A stretch of 19,959 nt of DNA from a virus (IMGVR_UViG_2585427777_000028:1-19959), one strand, 5' to 3'; counted from the stretch's first letter, positions 1 through 9,997 are shown. Translations and numbers: made by a program. The notes: generated by a model not told the origin, from the letters alone.

Positions 1-330
1 TCACTTCAGCGGGTAGTCATCAAACTCACCATAACGCACTTCGTTGATGATGTACGTGATCACCAAAAATATCGCATCCGGACTAGTTCCATCTTCATGC
101 GCAGGCATATGTTCATGCCTACCTGTCTGCAAACCAGTAATAAGCCATTACAGGGTGATAGTGATGCATCAACTACGTTAAGCGCAGAGAAATGATGCAG
201 TGGTGGGCGGATTGGCTTGATGAAAAGGTGGAGTGATCCACCTTAACCACTATCGAAGATCACAAAGCCTTGCAATCCAGTGCAAAGCTTTGTGTGTCTC
301 AGTTTTGTTTCATCGGTAATTATGTGTTCG

Positions 331-618
331 CTACGATGCAAGAATCCATACCAATAAGCATCCGATAATTGGGAAAGAAAAATCCATCAGGCTTGCCACA
401 TCCCAAGCGCGCGGATCAAAACCGCCCCACCACGGCATGTTAATCCGCTTGCCATGACCAAACATTTCAATCCAGCGATATTCTGCCTGGGTGTGTTCAC
501 GAGCAATGAAGAACGTACAACCGGCTATCGCACCGTAAGCCCAGTTTCCGGTAAAAATACCACCCAGTACCTGTGCGACCACAGCGCAAAGTGCGTGATG
601 AATTGGGGTTTTATCCAT
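331..618 (-). CDS. small hydrophobic (probable inner-membrane) protein, unknown function
   Basis: 95 aa ORF with two hydrophobic segments. Its ATG sits directly after the tailspike stop (TAGATG on the - strand), suggesting translational coupling. No family recognised. Confidence 0.45.
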   Translation of the reverse strand: MDKTPIHHALCAVVAQVLGGIFTGNWAYGAIAGCTFFIAREHTQAEYRWIEMFGHGKRINMPWWGGFDPRAWDVASLMDFSFPIIGCLLVWILAS

Positions 619-3213
619 CTACTCTATCTCTTTTGCTTTTTTAATTATCAATTCAAGCTCTGTTAAACGAGACTCAATGCGTTCACACCTTCTTCGCTGG
701 AATGCAGCCTCCAACCACAAACATTCATCTGGACGCAATCCCCAACGCTCACCAGCATGTACAACCAGTTCCGTGTCACCAGTATCGTATTCTTCAAAGT
801 ATTCGTGAACGATGTCTTCTCCTTCAGGGGATTTAGCTATAAATGACACCTTGCGCTGTGCCATTACAGGTTGGTACTCATCATCCCATTTATCATGACA
901 TAGCAAGCCAAATCTTGTTCCATCTATCCCCTTTGCAAGAAACGCATCTCTTACCTGCTGTGCAATTGCTCCGAAATGCCAACGAGCAGTATCCGAACCT
1001 TTAGCCTTAATATCGGACAACCACTGGTAAACGATAATATTTACGTCACCCCATGCGTCAAGAATTGCATCCTGATCCACCTCCATGATTTCTGAAAGTT
1101 GCTCTACTGTCAGTGGCTTTGTTTTCAATGTCTGGTCTGAAGTATTTATTGCCCCATTAGTTGCATATACTTGCGTCCACCGTTTAGATGATATCCCACA
1201 TGATGACGTATTATCTTTATTAGCACTTATATAGCCATTAACCTCCGCTGACTGACCGATATACAAATATGAAGATGTTGATAAGGGAGATTTAAATATC
1301 CATTGAGCATTGGTAAAGTCATAAATACCGGTATCACCTTTTTCACTAACATGAAAAGTTACATTCCGTAACGTATTCTTTGCATCATAACGGGCGGCTT
1401 GTGTTGTTGCCCTCGAAACAGTGAATCCTTTGTCATCAAGGTTTGCCTGCTCTATGACTTCACCACCAGGCATAATTTTACCAAGGCTTAACAAACCAGA
1501 GTTAGTGACAATATCATGGGTTGAATCAATGATAATACCAGGCTGATTTCTTGAGGTTGTTTTTACATGCATTACCTGTTGTGGCATTAATGTGTAAAAT
1601 GTAGTTTCTCGCCCACTATCACCATCTGGTATGCCATTTGTATTCCCCATTACAAGGTCATACCCACCTGCAATCATACGGAAAAACATTGCTTCTGGTT
1701 CATATGTAAGATTGCTAACATCTGGCGTTCCGGTATCATTTGGATCTGCTATTTCATAGGCTCTTCCTGCACCTGCCTGTATTTGCTGCACCCCAAGATA
1801 AACACCATCAAGTGTGTACTGATGCAAATATTTTCTGGTTGAAGAATATGCAGATCCAGCCTGACAAAAATAAATAGCAGTACCGTCACACGCAACTGTT
1901 TGCATATCCCTCACAAAATCGGCAATTTCAAATTCAAAAGTTGCTTCATTACGATAATCGTAATTGTACGCCTGCGGGTTAATAAATTTGCTGGTATCAA
2001 ATACTTTTACATAATAGCGAATTTGATCTGGTGTTGATGGGCTCTCACCAGGGCCAACATAACGTTTTGCTGTAGTAATCAGCCATCGACTCATAGGGTC
2101 GGTGCATAAAACATTTACCTGATTCTCGTAACCATCTTCCCATATGAGAAAAAACTCTGGTTCAATTTCACCACCATCAGTAGGGGTGAATCTGGTGATA
2201 TACTTTGCGCGATCCTCTCCTTTAGCTGTGCCAGCTAACCCCCATATCTGTAACTGGCCTCTTGTGTTACGAAAACCAACGCGCCCTATGGTTAAACCAA
2301 GACATTGATGTCCTAATTCTCTACTACCTTTAGTCTCCCAAAGAGGAGTTAACTCTTCATTCCCAAACCAATTATAAGCAACAACTTTATTAACTTCGTC
2401 ACCAGAACTAACGCTGCCACTCACATTTACCAAGCAATAAAGAACACTGTCATAATAATCAAGAACAGCACCCTGTATGACAGTATTTTTAATTGTTGCC
2501 AGTCGCAACCCTGACTTAACATGATTAGGAGTAGAAGGTCTGAAACCTGTATACATCCCCTTTTTTATAGTTTGTATTCTTTTTTCAGTAAAATCAGCAT
2601 CTGGCAGTAATCGATTCTCTGTGCGAAAATAGCCATTTATATACTTATTTCCATCAAAAACTTGATCTGTTATATATGTATTACCCCTTAGATCAACAAT
2701 CCTTCCTGTGATTTGTTTTTCTAACTCTTGAAAAGATAATGTGTCATCGGTGATGCCATCACCTTTTGCTCCCCATCCGCGAGGGTCAGCGTCATCACGC
2801 CACCGAGACATCTGCAATTCATGATATTTTTTAGCACCTTCCGGGTCTTCTAATTGTTGTCTTAATTGGTCAGGATCGTACTTAAGCACATTCGGAAAAT
2901 AGAACTGCTGCGTACCATATGCATCGTAAACAGCCATAGAATGGCCTTGCACGGTTACGAACTTGGCAATCTGTCCGTTATATACCGGATATCCAGCAGC
3001 GTTAATGATGATTGGTTGCGAAACAGGAACGTGAGAGCCATCTTCATTCTCTACATAAACCTGAATCTGGTTTTCAGGATTTACCGGGTCAGTGTCAATT
3101 TTACCGATATAAATTTTTCCATTTGCTACGGTTTTAAAAGAGCTAGCCATTGTGAAGAGTTGCGATGGCATACCTATCACAACATTTGGGGTTATATCAG
3201 GCATATTAGTCAT
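619..3213 (-). CDS. tailspike protein: P22 gp9-like N-terminal head-binding domain, pectate-lyase-like beta-helix, possible C-terminal intramolecular chaperone domain
   Basis: N-terminus [12 protein letters not shown]...[37 protein letters not shown]...[13 protein letters not shown]...VLKYDPDQ matches my recollection of the P22 tailspike head-binding domain. [12 protein letters not shown] is the usual opening of a pectate-lyase-3 beta-helix. The C-terminal region contains SDQTLK, resembling the Ser-Lys auto-cleavage motif of peptidase S74 chaperone domains. The track ORF runs to 3357 from a TTG; I take the ATG at 3211-3213 as the start (the ATG three codons further in is also possible). Confidence 0.8.
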   Translation of the reverse strand: MTNMPDITPNVVIGMPSQLFTMASSFKTVANGKIYIGKIDTDPVNPENQIQVYVENEDGSHVPVSQPIIINAAGYPVYNGQIAKFVTVQGHSMAVYDAYGTQQFYFPNVLKYDPDQLRQQLEDPEGAKKYHELQMSRWRDDADPRGWGAKGDGITDDTLSFQELEKQITGRIVDLRGNTYITDQVFDGNKYINGYFRTENRLLPDADFTEKRIQTIKKGMYTGFRPSTPNHVKSGLRLATIKNTVIQGAVLDYYDSVLYCLVNVSGSVSSGDEVNKVVAYNWFGNEELTPLWETKGSRELGHQCLGLTIGRVGFRNTRGQLQIWGLAGTAKGEDRAKYITRFTPTDGGEIEPEFFLIWEDGYENQVNVLCTDPMSRWLITTAKRYVGPGESPSTPDQIRYYVKVFDTSKFINPQAYNYDYRNEATFEFEIADFVRDMQTVACDGTAIYFCQAGSAYSSTRKYLHQYTLDGVYLGVQQIQAGAGRAYEIADPNDTGTPDVSNLTYEPEAMFFRMIAGGYDLVMGNTNGIPDGDSGRETTFYTLMPQQVMHVKTTSRNQPGIIIDSTHDIVTNSGLLSLGKIMPGGEVIEQANLDDKGFTVSRATTQAARYDAKNTLRNVTFHVSEKGDTGIYDFTNAQWIFKSPLSTSSYLYIGQSAEVNGYISANKDNTSSCGISSKRWTQVYATNGAINTSDQTLKTKPLTVEQLSEIMEVDQDAILDAWGDVNIIVYQWLSDIKAKGSDTARWHFGAIAQQVRDAFLAKGIDGTRFGLLCHDKWDDEYQPVMAQRKVSFIAKSPEGEDIVHEYFEEYDTGDTELVVHAGERWGLRPDECLWLEAAFQRRRCERIESRLTELELIIKKAKEIE

Positions 3214-3540
3214 CCTGTTTGAAGATTTAGATATTGAAGAAAACGGAATGACTGCAGACAAAGATGCAATTGTTTTGAAAAATAATCTTCTATTCACTTT
3301 AAAACTATGCAACATGAACAAAACAATTATTTTACAACAAACAAGAATCTTGATCAACAGACATATGCTTTATGCGTTTAATGCGTCATTTAAAAATAAC
3401 AAGTACTACTTTTATTCCTATCGTCCATGATTTTCATTTTCAAATATTATTAAATAACAATTCCTATTTATAATATCTGTCATTTAATTTGCTCCAGATA
3501 CAAGGAATCGCCGCAGCATGGCTACGGTGAATTTTGGGCA

Positions 3541-3565
3541 TAAAAAAACCCAGCCGAAGCTGGGT
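3541..3565 (-). terminator. rho-independent terminator downstream of ant
   Basis: On the - strand: ACCCAGC-TTCG-GCTGGGT hairpin followed by a run of seven U, about 19 nt after the ant stop codon. Confidence 0.6.
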
Positions 3566-3583
3566 CGTTGCGTTGGTTATCTG

Positions 3584-4462
3584 TCAGTAGTTATGAACTG
3601 AAGGAGGTAATTCTTTATTCTTAAGTCTCATCCATGCGGAAAGATTCGTTGGTCCGTCTGGCTCATTGATATCAACATCTCGTGTGTGGTTGATTAAAAC
3701 ATCTCTCGCCATATCGATAATACGGGAGAACTCATAACCGCAGTCATGACATCTGCCGGAATAGTTCGATTGAATTTGTTTTAGCGCCGGATACAGTTCG
3801 CGGAATAATGCCTGTGAGCGGTTGGCATAATCCCATAACCATACAAGGCTGTTTGCTTCTTTTGCAGAAAGCTCGTTGGTTTTCTTCTCTTGTTTGCCGA
3901 TGAACTCACCTTCAAGCACTACCCTGTGGATGTACTCTACAGCTTGCGGGATTTGTTCAATTGAAAGTTCATCAATGCTGTCAATACCAAAACGCTGATG
4001 AACCATATTGTATGCATCGTCATAGCGAAGTCCTTTCTTTCCTACCAGCATGTTTACTGCATCGCGTAGCGGTGTTCTTTCCTCAACAGTGGTTTTCTTT
4101 CCTTTAACATACTCGCCATGTTTGCGAATTGAAGGCAGAACTTCTGCTGTTACCCACTTGCGGAATTTGTGCGGGACTGAACCTTTATTGACTGCATCGC
4201 GGCAGCGCAGAACCAATGTATACATACCTGATTCGCTCACAATGCTTAGATTCTGCTCACCACCAAGGGTGTAACTTAAAGTTACTCCCTTTTCATCGTC
4301 ATCAAGTGCAGTAAGCGCCTTGCGTGAGTTAGTCAAAGCTAAAGCATCACAAACATCTTTAGCTACAAACCACGGCTCACCGCACTTGTTGATGACGCGG
4401 ATTTCACTGTCGCCGAATTTGAAGATGGTGAAATCGTTTTGTGCCTTTGCTATACTTTTCAT
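3584..4462 (-). CDS. ant: antirepressor Ant-like protein with BRO-N domain
   Basis: N-terminal [50 protein letters not shown] is a typical BRO-N motif. It lies downstream of arc on the same strand, as in P22 immI. Confidence 0.8.
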   Translation of the reverse strand: MKSIAKAQNDFTIFKFGDSEIRVINKCGEPWFVAKDVCDALALTNSRKALTALDDDEKGVTLSYTLGGEQNLSIVSESGMYTLVLRCRDAVNKGSVPHKFRKWVTAEVLPSIRKHGEYVKGKKTTVEERTPLRDAVNMLVGKKGLRYDDAYNMVHQRFGIDSIDELSIEQIPQAVEYIHRVVLEGEFIGKQEKKTNELSAKEANSLVWLWDYANRSQALFRELYPALKQIQSNYSGRCHDCGYEFSRIIDMARDVLINHTRDVDINEPDGPTNLSAWMRLKNKELPPSVHNY

Positions 4463-4524
4463 GTCAATATTTCCTAAGACGATTTGTTGATACCGAAGCC
4501 CTGACTGTTACCGCAGTTGGGGCT

Positions 4525-4728
4525 TCAACTTTCTGCTCTATCAGTTATATCTTTCCCTTCATATACTTCACCTATATTGCTAATGCTGGCAGAACATCCA
4601 AGATGCTTGTATCTTATGATGTCCAACACGCAGTCACTACACAGCATCCGACCTGTTTCTTTAGAGTAAATGTATGTTTGATCAGCGTCTGATTCGCTAA
4701 TGCCGCAGAAACAACATTCTTTACTCAT
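4525..4728 (-). CDS. small zinc-ribbon-like protein (CxxC...CxxC), unknown function
   Basis: 67 aa with Cys pairs (CCFCG ... CSDC). Sits between arc and ant; its start overlaps the arc stop. Confidence 0.5.
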   Translation of the reverse strand: MSKECCFCGISESDADQTYIYSKETGRMLCSDCVLDIIRYKHLGCSASISNIGEVYEGKDITDRAES

Positions 4729-4877
4729 ACCATTACCCCCTCTCTCTTCAAGCTGTCTATCAGGCGCTTGATAACCTCTGAGTTAAACGACCTGCACTCT
4801 TCCTTTGCCCTGCTACCTATAGCATCCTTTAACGACTGCGGCATCCTTACCAAAATCTTACTTATTTCTTTCTCCAT
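4725..4877 (-). CDS. arc: Arc-like ribbon-helix-helix repressor
   Basis: MPQSLKDAIGSRAKEECRSFNSEVIKRLIDSLKREG resembles P22 Arc (MPQFNLRWPREVLDLVRKVAEENGRSVNSEIYQRVMESFKKEG). Start taken at the ATG preceded by GGAGGG; the track start at 4913 is a TTG lying inside the promoter -10. Confidence 0.8.
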   Translation of the reverse strand: MEKEISKILVRMPQSLKDAIGSRAKEECRSFNSEVIKRLIDSLKREGVMV

Positions 4878-4913
4878 GTTACCCTCCACACAAACAACTC
4901 TTTTCGAATACAA

Positions 4914-4968
4914 AAGATAGCAAAGTGAGTATATCTAGTCAAAATTTTTTTGCATACACTTTGCTATC
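4914..4968. promoter_or_regulatory. divergent Pant / Pmnt control region with a 12-bp inverted repeat pair
   Basis: On the - strand, TTGACT, 17 nt, TATCTT lies upstream of arc. GATAGCAAAGTG (4916-4927) and its exact reverse complement CACTTTGCTATC (4957-4968) flank the region. Confidence 0.45.
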
Positions 4969-4991
4969 AAATTGAATACCAAAGGTGTGAT

Positions 4992-5240
4992 ATGGCAAAG
5001 GGTGTGTCAATTTCTCCAACTACGGTAAGAATCCCTGAATCTTTACGCGAGGCTCTTGCTGTCAGAGCATCAAAAAATGGTCGCTCTGTTAACTCCGAGA
5101 TCGTCATGATTTTGCAAGCCGCGATTGATGAAGATAGGTCGCCAAAGTCAGTTGAGTCATTTGCTCAGCAAGAAGCTGACAAATTCAAAGAGGCGCTGCT
5201 TGAGACGCTAAAGACCATGTATGCTAAGGATGAAAAATAA
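4992..5240 (+). CDS. mnt: Mnt-like ribbon-helix-helix repressor
   Basis: RIPESLREALAVRASKNGRSVNSEIVMILQAAIDE resembles P22 Mnt (the NGRS(V/M)NSE core is shared with Arc). ATG at 4992 is preceded by AAAGGTG. Divergent from arc. Confidence 0.8.
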   Translation: MAKGVSISPTTVRIPESLREALAVRASKNGRSVNSEIVMILQAAIDEDRSPKSVESFAQQEADKFKEALLETLKTMYAKDEK

Positions 5241-5776
5241 TGCTGCACACAATTCATTTCTTATGCCCCGTTAACACTGCCACTGTTGGGCAACTTCAGA
5301 ACCACTGTCTCACCGCATTATCTCAAGGCGCAACTGAATTAAATATCCATATATCAAGTCAGGGAGGGGAAACTGCCGCTGGCTTTACTGCGTATAACTT
5401 TCTTAAGTCACTCCCTGTTACCGTTAGAACTCACAACATAAGCAATGTTGAATCCATAGCTAATATCGTTTTCCTGGCTGGCTCAGAACGTTTCGCAAAC
5501 CCATTATCAAGATTCCTGTTACATCCTCTATTATGGTGCTTTGCCTCCCCAGCCGCCGACCATGCCAGATTGAGAGAGTACGGGAAATGCCTCGATAACG
5601 ATCTTGATCGCTTCGTTGAGACGTTCAATATCGACATCGGAACCCATATTAGGTGGGCATCCCTGATAGCAGACTCGACCATTTTGGATGCTAACAAGGC
5701 TCTTGAGCATGGCATAATTAATTCCATAAAAACTGCAAGGCTGGCATCCAATCAGGCAAACTGGTGGGTTGTTTGA
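5240..5776 (+). CDS. ClpP-fold (S14-like) serine peptidase
   Basis: IHISSQGGETAAGFTAYNFLKSLPVTVRTHNISNVESIANIVFLAGSERFANPLSRFLLHPL follows the ClpP core pattern (INSPGG...AG..IYD......V.T...GQAASMGAFLL.AG..GKR...PNSR.MIHQPL), with candidate Ser and His at the expected positions. Start overlaps the mnt stop (TAATG). Confidence 0.65.
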   Translation: MLHTIHFLCPVNTATVGQLQNHCLTALSQGATELNIHISSQGGETAAGFTAYNFLKSLPVTVRTHNISNVESIANIVFLAGSERFANPLSRFLLHPLLWCFASPAADHARLREYGKCLDNDLDRFVETFNIDIGTHIRWASLIADSTILDANKALEHGIINSIKTARLASNQANWWVV

Positions 5777-5805
5777 TGGGTAAATCATGATTACTCCTTA
5801 TAAAA

Positions 5806-5832
5806 AACCCACCTGACGGTGGGTTAATTTTT
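5806..5832 (+). terminator. rho-independent terminator after the mnt / ClpP-like operon
   Basis: AACCCACC-TGAC-GGTGGGTT hairpin followed by a T-rich run. Confidence 0.55.
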
Positions 5833-5915
5833 GCATTTACCTGGGCCATATTGACTACTTATAAAATGAGATCAATATTTAATCGCCCAATAACGGGTGT
5901 ATGTTGAGGTATATC

Positions 5916-6095
5916 ATGGCGAAAAAACCAGGTGAAAACACAGGAAAAAACGGCGGAATATACCAAGAAGTTGGCCCGCGCGGCGGTAAGAAAGACAATT
6001 TTGCCACCGTCAAGGACAACGAAAGGCTTCCACCAACAACAAAGCCAGGTCATGGCTGGGTATTAGATAAGCGAACTCCAGACAGCAAAAAGTAA
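5916..6095 (+). CDS. small Lys/Gly-rich hydrophilic protein, unknown function
   Basis: 59 aa (MAKKPGENTGKNGGIYQEVGPRGGKKDNF...) starting at the ATG preceded by GAGGT. Followed immediately by a terminator. Confidence 0.45.
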   Translation: MAKKPGENTGKNGGIYQEVGPRGGKKDNFATVKDNERLPPTTKPGHGWVLDKRTPDSKK

Positions 6096-6100
6096 TAATC

Positions 6101-6124
6101 AAGCCGGGTCACTCCGGCTTTTTG
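6101..6124. terminator. terminator hairpin between convergent genes
   Basis: AAGCCGG-GTCACT-CCGGCTT followed by TTTT on the + strand. The - strand gene's stop codon lies in the loop. Confidence 0.5.
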
Positions 6125-6474
6125 ATATGTCGCTCGCAGAACTCAACAAGCCTGCTCATTAAGTAGCAGTAAGTCTCGTTGGCTCTTCCTGGTTCAACAT
6201 CAACACCGACCCTTGAGCAGATATCGAATGCCATGTGAGCGCACTCATGGGCAATAGTAGATAGTTTGCCATTGAACACGCCTATCACATGCAAAACACC
6301 ATTCTCGCTGCTCATTGTATGAGACGCTCCGTTGGCATCCGAGTCCTGCACGTCCACACCAAGTTTTTGATGCAGGCGTTGCCATTCTGGAAAGTCTCTA
6401 CAAAACACAATTGTACCGCTCTCAAAGAGCGGAACGAGCATCTTTGGTACGTTTCCAATGTTAACTTTTTTCAT
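6109..6474 (-). CDS. small HExxH metallopeptidase-like protein (possibly ImmA/IrrE-type)
   Basis: Motif STIAHECAHMAF contains HExxH. Start taken at ATG (track M5) preceded by CAGGAT; the track start at 6486 is a GTG. Confidence 0.5.
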   Translation of the reverse strand: MKKVNIGNVPKMLVPLFESGTIVFCRDFPEWQRLHQKLGVDVQDSDANGASHTMSSENGVLHVIGVFNGKLSTIAHECAHMAFDICSRVGVDVEPGRANETYCYLMSRLVEFCERHIKKPE

Positions 6475-6504
6475 GGTATCCTGCACAAAACTAAGGAGGT
6501 TGGT

Positions 6505-6954
6505 GTGAGTGAAAAATTATCAGTTGAGATTTACAGGGATGCCAAAAAATTGATTAAAAAGGCATTGCTGATTTCCCTATCTTTGTTAGCCATTGCCATT
6601 GTTTATTTTGTGGCAGACAAAATCTATACAGAACAAAAAAATAGCAAAAAAAGCGCTGAACTGATTATGCGAGCCGAAAATGCTGTCAAGGGTACCCAAC
6701 CTAAGGTGTTCAATAGAACAGACCTTGGCGAAAGTCACTCTATTTCCATTTGGTTTATTAATGATTCAGATAAGCACATTCTTGTAGAAAAAAACGGTGA
6801 AAAATCGTTGTTTTCTACAGGAGGATATGTATCCGGTGATATCCATGCATATCATCAGGCCGGAAAGGCATGCGAAACCCTGTCTTTTTCTATGGATTCA
6901 AGTTCTGTGATATCCGCTTCTTGCGATTTTGATGATTATTACCTTAAAAAATAG
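6505..6954 (+). CDS. membrane-anchored protein of unknown function, at the position P22 uses for sieA
   Basis: GTG start 5 nt after AAGGAGG. N-terminal hydrophobic helix (ALLISLSLLAIAIVYFV) then a soluble domain. AT-rich. Divergent from the HExxH gene. The upstream 72 codons of the track ORF overlap that gene and are rejected. Confidence 0.5.
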   Translation: MSEKLSVEIYRDAKKLIKKALLISLSLLAIAIVYFVADKIYTEQKNSKKSAELIMRAENAVKGTQPKVFNRTDLGESHSISIWFINDSDKHILVEKNGEKSLFSTGGYVSGDIHAYHQAGKACETLSFSMDSSSVISASCDFDDYYLKK

Positions 6955-6971
6955 CCATCCATGGCGTCACC

Positions 6972-9140
6972 TCAATCCTGTGCCATTCCGCTTAGCGATG
7001 CCACAATCCCAGCCCTCGACAAACGCTGGAACTCTTCGTTTCCTAGTGCATCGCGAATTGCTTTTACGGCGGCCTTATTTGCCATAAATCTGCGTTCCGC
7101 CGCCGCTAATGCGCCATCACTTGCCCCAACTTTAACTGCCTTTGTCGCCTCTTGAACAGCCTTTTCAATAGCGTAACGACCACTTCTGGTTGCGGATAAT
7201 TTCGCTATCGATCCTTTTGCTATTGCATCAATTGCTCCACCTGCAGCGCCACCCACTATTGCTCCAATAACACCTCCTCCAGAGAACCCTGCGATAGCGC
7301 CAGCGGTTGGAAAAGCGCCAGACAATACGCTCTCTAAAACTGGATGAAGGCCATTCTCAAGAGTGCTAATGGCTGGCATAGAGCGCCCTGTTTGTTCAAC
7401 ATATCGAAGTGGCTTTGTTGCTGCTCTTGCAAGTTCTCCAAACCCCCTGGCAATCCTACCAAGCTCTGGAGAATATCGACTAATTGCCTTCACGTTTTGT
7501 GGGGTAAGAATAGTCGCGATATGCTTAATTCCAGCCTCTTCAGACTTACCTCCGCGTACCCCTTGCGATACCGCATCTTGTAATATTGATGCAATTGCTG
7601 GCGCGCGTTCCGACTCAGGTAGGGCGCTTATTATTTTATGGAACTGACCTGTTCCACTTTTTGCTGAACCCTGCAACGCCTTAGAGCCATTAGTTACCAA
7701 CTGATCAGTTGCAAGGTCTCTACCAAACGCTGCTTCAGCCTGTTCTTGTGCTGTAAATCTTGCTTTTGACAGATCATTAGCTTTTTGCCAGTCATCAAGA
7801 AAACCGCCATTTTGAGCCATTATGCGCATATCTTCCGTTGCTGCATCACGAAGCTCAGCCATGCGCCTTGCCGTATTTGCCTCACCAGACCTTATATACT
7901 TCTGCTCTGCGTCAGCAAGTTTACTTCGCCATGCCTTCATGGCATCAAACGTGATTCCTTTTTTACTAGTTTTAGCATAAGCAGATGCGAATTGTTTCAT
8001 CTCAGGAGTTAGCGGCATGCCGGCCAAAATATCACCCTGAATTGTAGCGTTCAGGTTTGACATTCTGGCCTTTGCGTCAGGCATCGTGGAGCGGACGCTA
8101 TCCCATGCGGCCTTTTCTGAATTTTTCATTTTATCAATACTTGCCAAAACCCTTTGTTTTATGGCTGCACTTTTTTCTGATGCAGTTCCTGCTTCAGCCC
8201 CAAACTCATCCAATGCTGAGTTAAATTTCGACTCTATTTCACTGAATGCTTTGGTGTGTGCATCCTGTGTAATTCCGGGCTTTGACGCCAGAATCCCCTC
8301 CGCCTGAGCAAGACCACGACTACCTGATCTCATGCCAGGAGTTAATGCGTTGATATCTATTCCAGCAGTATCTGCTGCTTTTGCTATTTCGTCTGACACA
8401 TTAGCTGACTGTCTGGCAATAATCTCTCTTCCTGTACCAGACTTTGCCATTTTCGAAACATCAGCAGCGGAATTTATTGCCCCGCCACCAAGAACTTGAG
8501 GTGATTTAGAGGTTAAGATCCTTCCAGCCCCAGAAAGTATCCCCTGAGCACCAATATTTATACCACCGTTAATGGCAGCATTTTGTGCAAAGTCGCCCTC
8601 CTGATTTGCAGCATCAGCAAGAGAACCTGCAATCATGTTTCCTGCGGAACCGATATCTCCAGCGAGCTTTGCTGGCGCTCCAGCAGCTTTTGCCGCTGTA
8701 CCAATTGGCAGGAGATACCCGCCAATTGTTTCACCGGCTTGCGCGTAATGGTCTGTCGGTCGATCGACTGGACGATAGACATCATCCAATACTTTTGGCC
8801 CACCAAGCCCCTGACTGATTGCATTAATCAGACTTGCGCCACCCTGTAATACGTCAAATGGTATGTTTACCAGACCACGACCAGCCTGTTCTGCAATTTG
8901 CCCTGCACTTTGACCACCTGTGAGCCAATCACCAGCTTGTTGCATCAATGATGGTTCTTCTTTCTGCTGCTGAGGTGGAGGGTATGCTGCATAAAACTGA
9001 TCTCTTGCTTCAGCCCATTTGTCACCAGCCTTAGGGGCAACAACCTCATCAAAATATTGCGCTTGAGCCTGTGCTTTCTGTTCTTCAGTTAACGCCTGAT
9101 ACTGTGGAGAAGCGATAACATCTTTCCATGCTTTAGCCAT
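6972..9140 (-). CDS. putative virion DNA-ejection (injection) protein
   Basis: 722 aa with a Gly/Ala-rich hydrophobic C-terminal segment ([36 protein letters not shown]). Lies just upstream, in transcription order, of the immI and tailspike region, where P22-like phages carry ejection genes. Assigned by position and composition, not by recognised homology. Confidence 0.5.
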   Translation of the reverse strand: MAKAWKDVIASPQYQALTEEQKAQAQAQYFDEVVAPKAGDKWAEARDQFYAAYPPPQQQKEEPSLMQQAGDWLTGGQSAGQIAEQAGRGLVNIPFDVLQGGASLINAISQGLGGPKVLDDVYRPVDRPTDHYAQAGETIGGYLLPIGTAAKAAGAPAKLAGDIGSAGNMIAGSLADAANQEGDFAQNAAINGGINIGAQGILSGAGRILTSKSPQVLGGGAINSAADVSKMAKSGTGREIIARQSANVSDEIAKAADTAGIDINALTPGMRSGSRGLAQAEGILASKPGITQDAHTKAFSEIESKFNSALDEFGAEAGTASEKSAAIKQRVLASIDKMKNSEKAAWDSVRSTMPDAKARMSNLNATIQGDILAGMPLTPEMKQFASAYAKTSKKGITFDAMKAWRSKLADAEQKYIRSGEANTARRMAELRDAATEDMRIMAQNGGFLDDWQKANDLSKARFTAQEQAEAAFGRDLATDQLVTNGSKALQGSAKSGTGQFHKIISALPESERAPAIASILQDAVSQGVRGGKSEEAGIKHIATILTPQNVKAISRYSPELGRIARGFGELARAATKPLRYVEQTGRSMPAISTLENGLHPVLESVLSGAFPTAGAIAGFSGGGVIGAIVGGAAGGAIDAIAKGSIAKLSATRSGRYAIEKAVQEATKAVKVGASDGALAAAERRFMANKAAVKAIRDALGNEEFQRLSRAGIVASLSGMAQD

Positions 9141-9997
9141 TAATCACCCCATAAAGACGAGAAACCGGACTTATTGCTGTCGCTTCCTGATTTTCGCTCA
9201 CTAACATATGTGTCATAACCTGATGAACTATATCCCATTGATTCAGCCTCCCTTGCTGCAACCTTTTGAAATACAGAATATTGCGATCGGATTTCAGATA
9301 ACTGTTTTCTGACGACCTCTTCAGGCTGTGTTATATCGAGTTTCGCGATCAGGTTTTCCAGTTTTTGGCCTTCAGCATTGGAGAGGCTACCCATACCTCG
9401 CATAGTCTGCACGTTCTGGACAAACGCACCCGACTTTAATTCTTCTATCGCATTACGGTTTGCAAGCCCTTCAGCACTTGTGAAGCCATCTATATTTCTT
9501 CCTTCGAAGCGACCGATACCTTCAAGCTCCTTCTTACCAAGCAAAGAATCTATTTTCTCTATCCCTCGCTCACCAGTAATCAACGCATTGTTGTAATTAT
9601 TGTTGCCATCAAGCCATCTCTTAGCCTGAGACATTCTGGCTGACGTTGCAGCTTTACCGGTTAGAGGATCAATTCCCGTCGCTGCTATCTGTGAGTTAAG
9701 AGACAAAACATCCATATCCTGAAGTTGTCCTGCTCTTTCAAGGGCCGCCTGTGACTGCTTAAACACATACTTGTCGTGATTCAGTCTTGCCATTTGAGCC
9801 TTATAGGAAAGATCCTGCCCCCTAATAGCCCTCGCATTCGTCATGTCATTATTGCGAATGGTTTCGTTAATTCTTTGCTGCTCCTGCTGGCGACCAACCA
9901 TCTTGTCCTGAACAGCAAACGCCTTTTCTGGCCCAAGCGCACCGAGAGACATCGTAGTCAGCATGTGTGATAGTTGTTCATCTGACCAGATAGCCAT
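9140..9997 (-). CDS. putative virion DNA-ejection protein
   Basis: 285 aa; its stop overlaps the start of the 722-aa gene (TAATG). Gln-rich with coiled-coil-like stretches. The true start may be an internal Met because the upstream fragment overlaps it. Confidence 0.45.
   Translation of the reverse strand: MAIWSDEQLSHMLTTMSLGALGPEKAFAVQDKMVGRQQEQQRINETIRNNDMTNARAIRGQDLSYKAQMARLNHDKYVFKQSQAALERAGQLQDMDVLSLNSQIAATGIDPLTGKAATSARMSQAKRWLDGNNNYNNALITGERGIEKIDSLLGKKELEGIGRFEGRNIDGFTSAEGLANRNAIEELKSGAFVQNVQTMRGMGSLSNAEGQKLENLIAKLDITQPEEVVRKQLSEIRSQYSVFQKVAAREAESMGYSSSGYDTYVSERKSGSDSNKSGFSSLWGD

Noticed and set aside
1-107. Short - strand ORF at the window edge (about 35-45 aa, ...DAIFLVITYIINEVRYGEFDDYPLK*).
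   Set aside because: Too short, no recognisable family or clear RBS. May be a remnant near the prophage right end, but nothing in the sequence confirms it.
3214-3357. N-terminal 48-codon extension of the tailspike ORF in the track.
   Set aside because: It begins at a TTG with a hydrophobic junk-like translation. Homology to the P22 head-binding domain starts at the internal ATG (about 3211-3213).
2866-3430. + strand ORFs 2866..3222 and 3152..3430.
   Set aside because: They lie antisense to, or overlap, the well-supported tailspike gene, are AT-rich with low-complexity translations, and have no RBS. Taken as frame artefacts.
4878-4913. Longer Arc start at 4913.
   Set aside because: The codon is TTG and lies immediately beside the predicted Pant -10. 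The ATG 12 codons in has a GGAGGG RBS and matches Arc length.
5431-5788. - strand ORFs 5431..5751 and 5531..5788.
   Set aside because: Antisense to the ClpP-like gene, whose translation has clear family signatures.
6289-6504. Upstream extension of the + strand ORF to 6289.
   Set aside because: It overlaps the divergent HExxH gene on the other strand. A GTG with a perfect AAGGAGG RBS at 6505 gives a sensible membrane-anchored protein.
7344-8849. Several + and - strand ORFs of 63-94 aa inside the 722-aa gene (7344.., 7363.., 7785.., 8086.., 8583.., 8585.., 8633..).
   Set aside because: All are nested in or antisense to a long continuous ORF and have Cys/Arg-rich low-complexity translations typical of wrong-frame reads.
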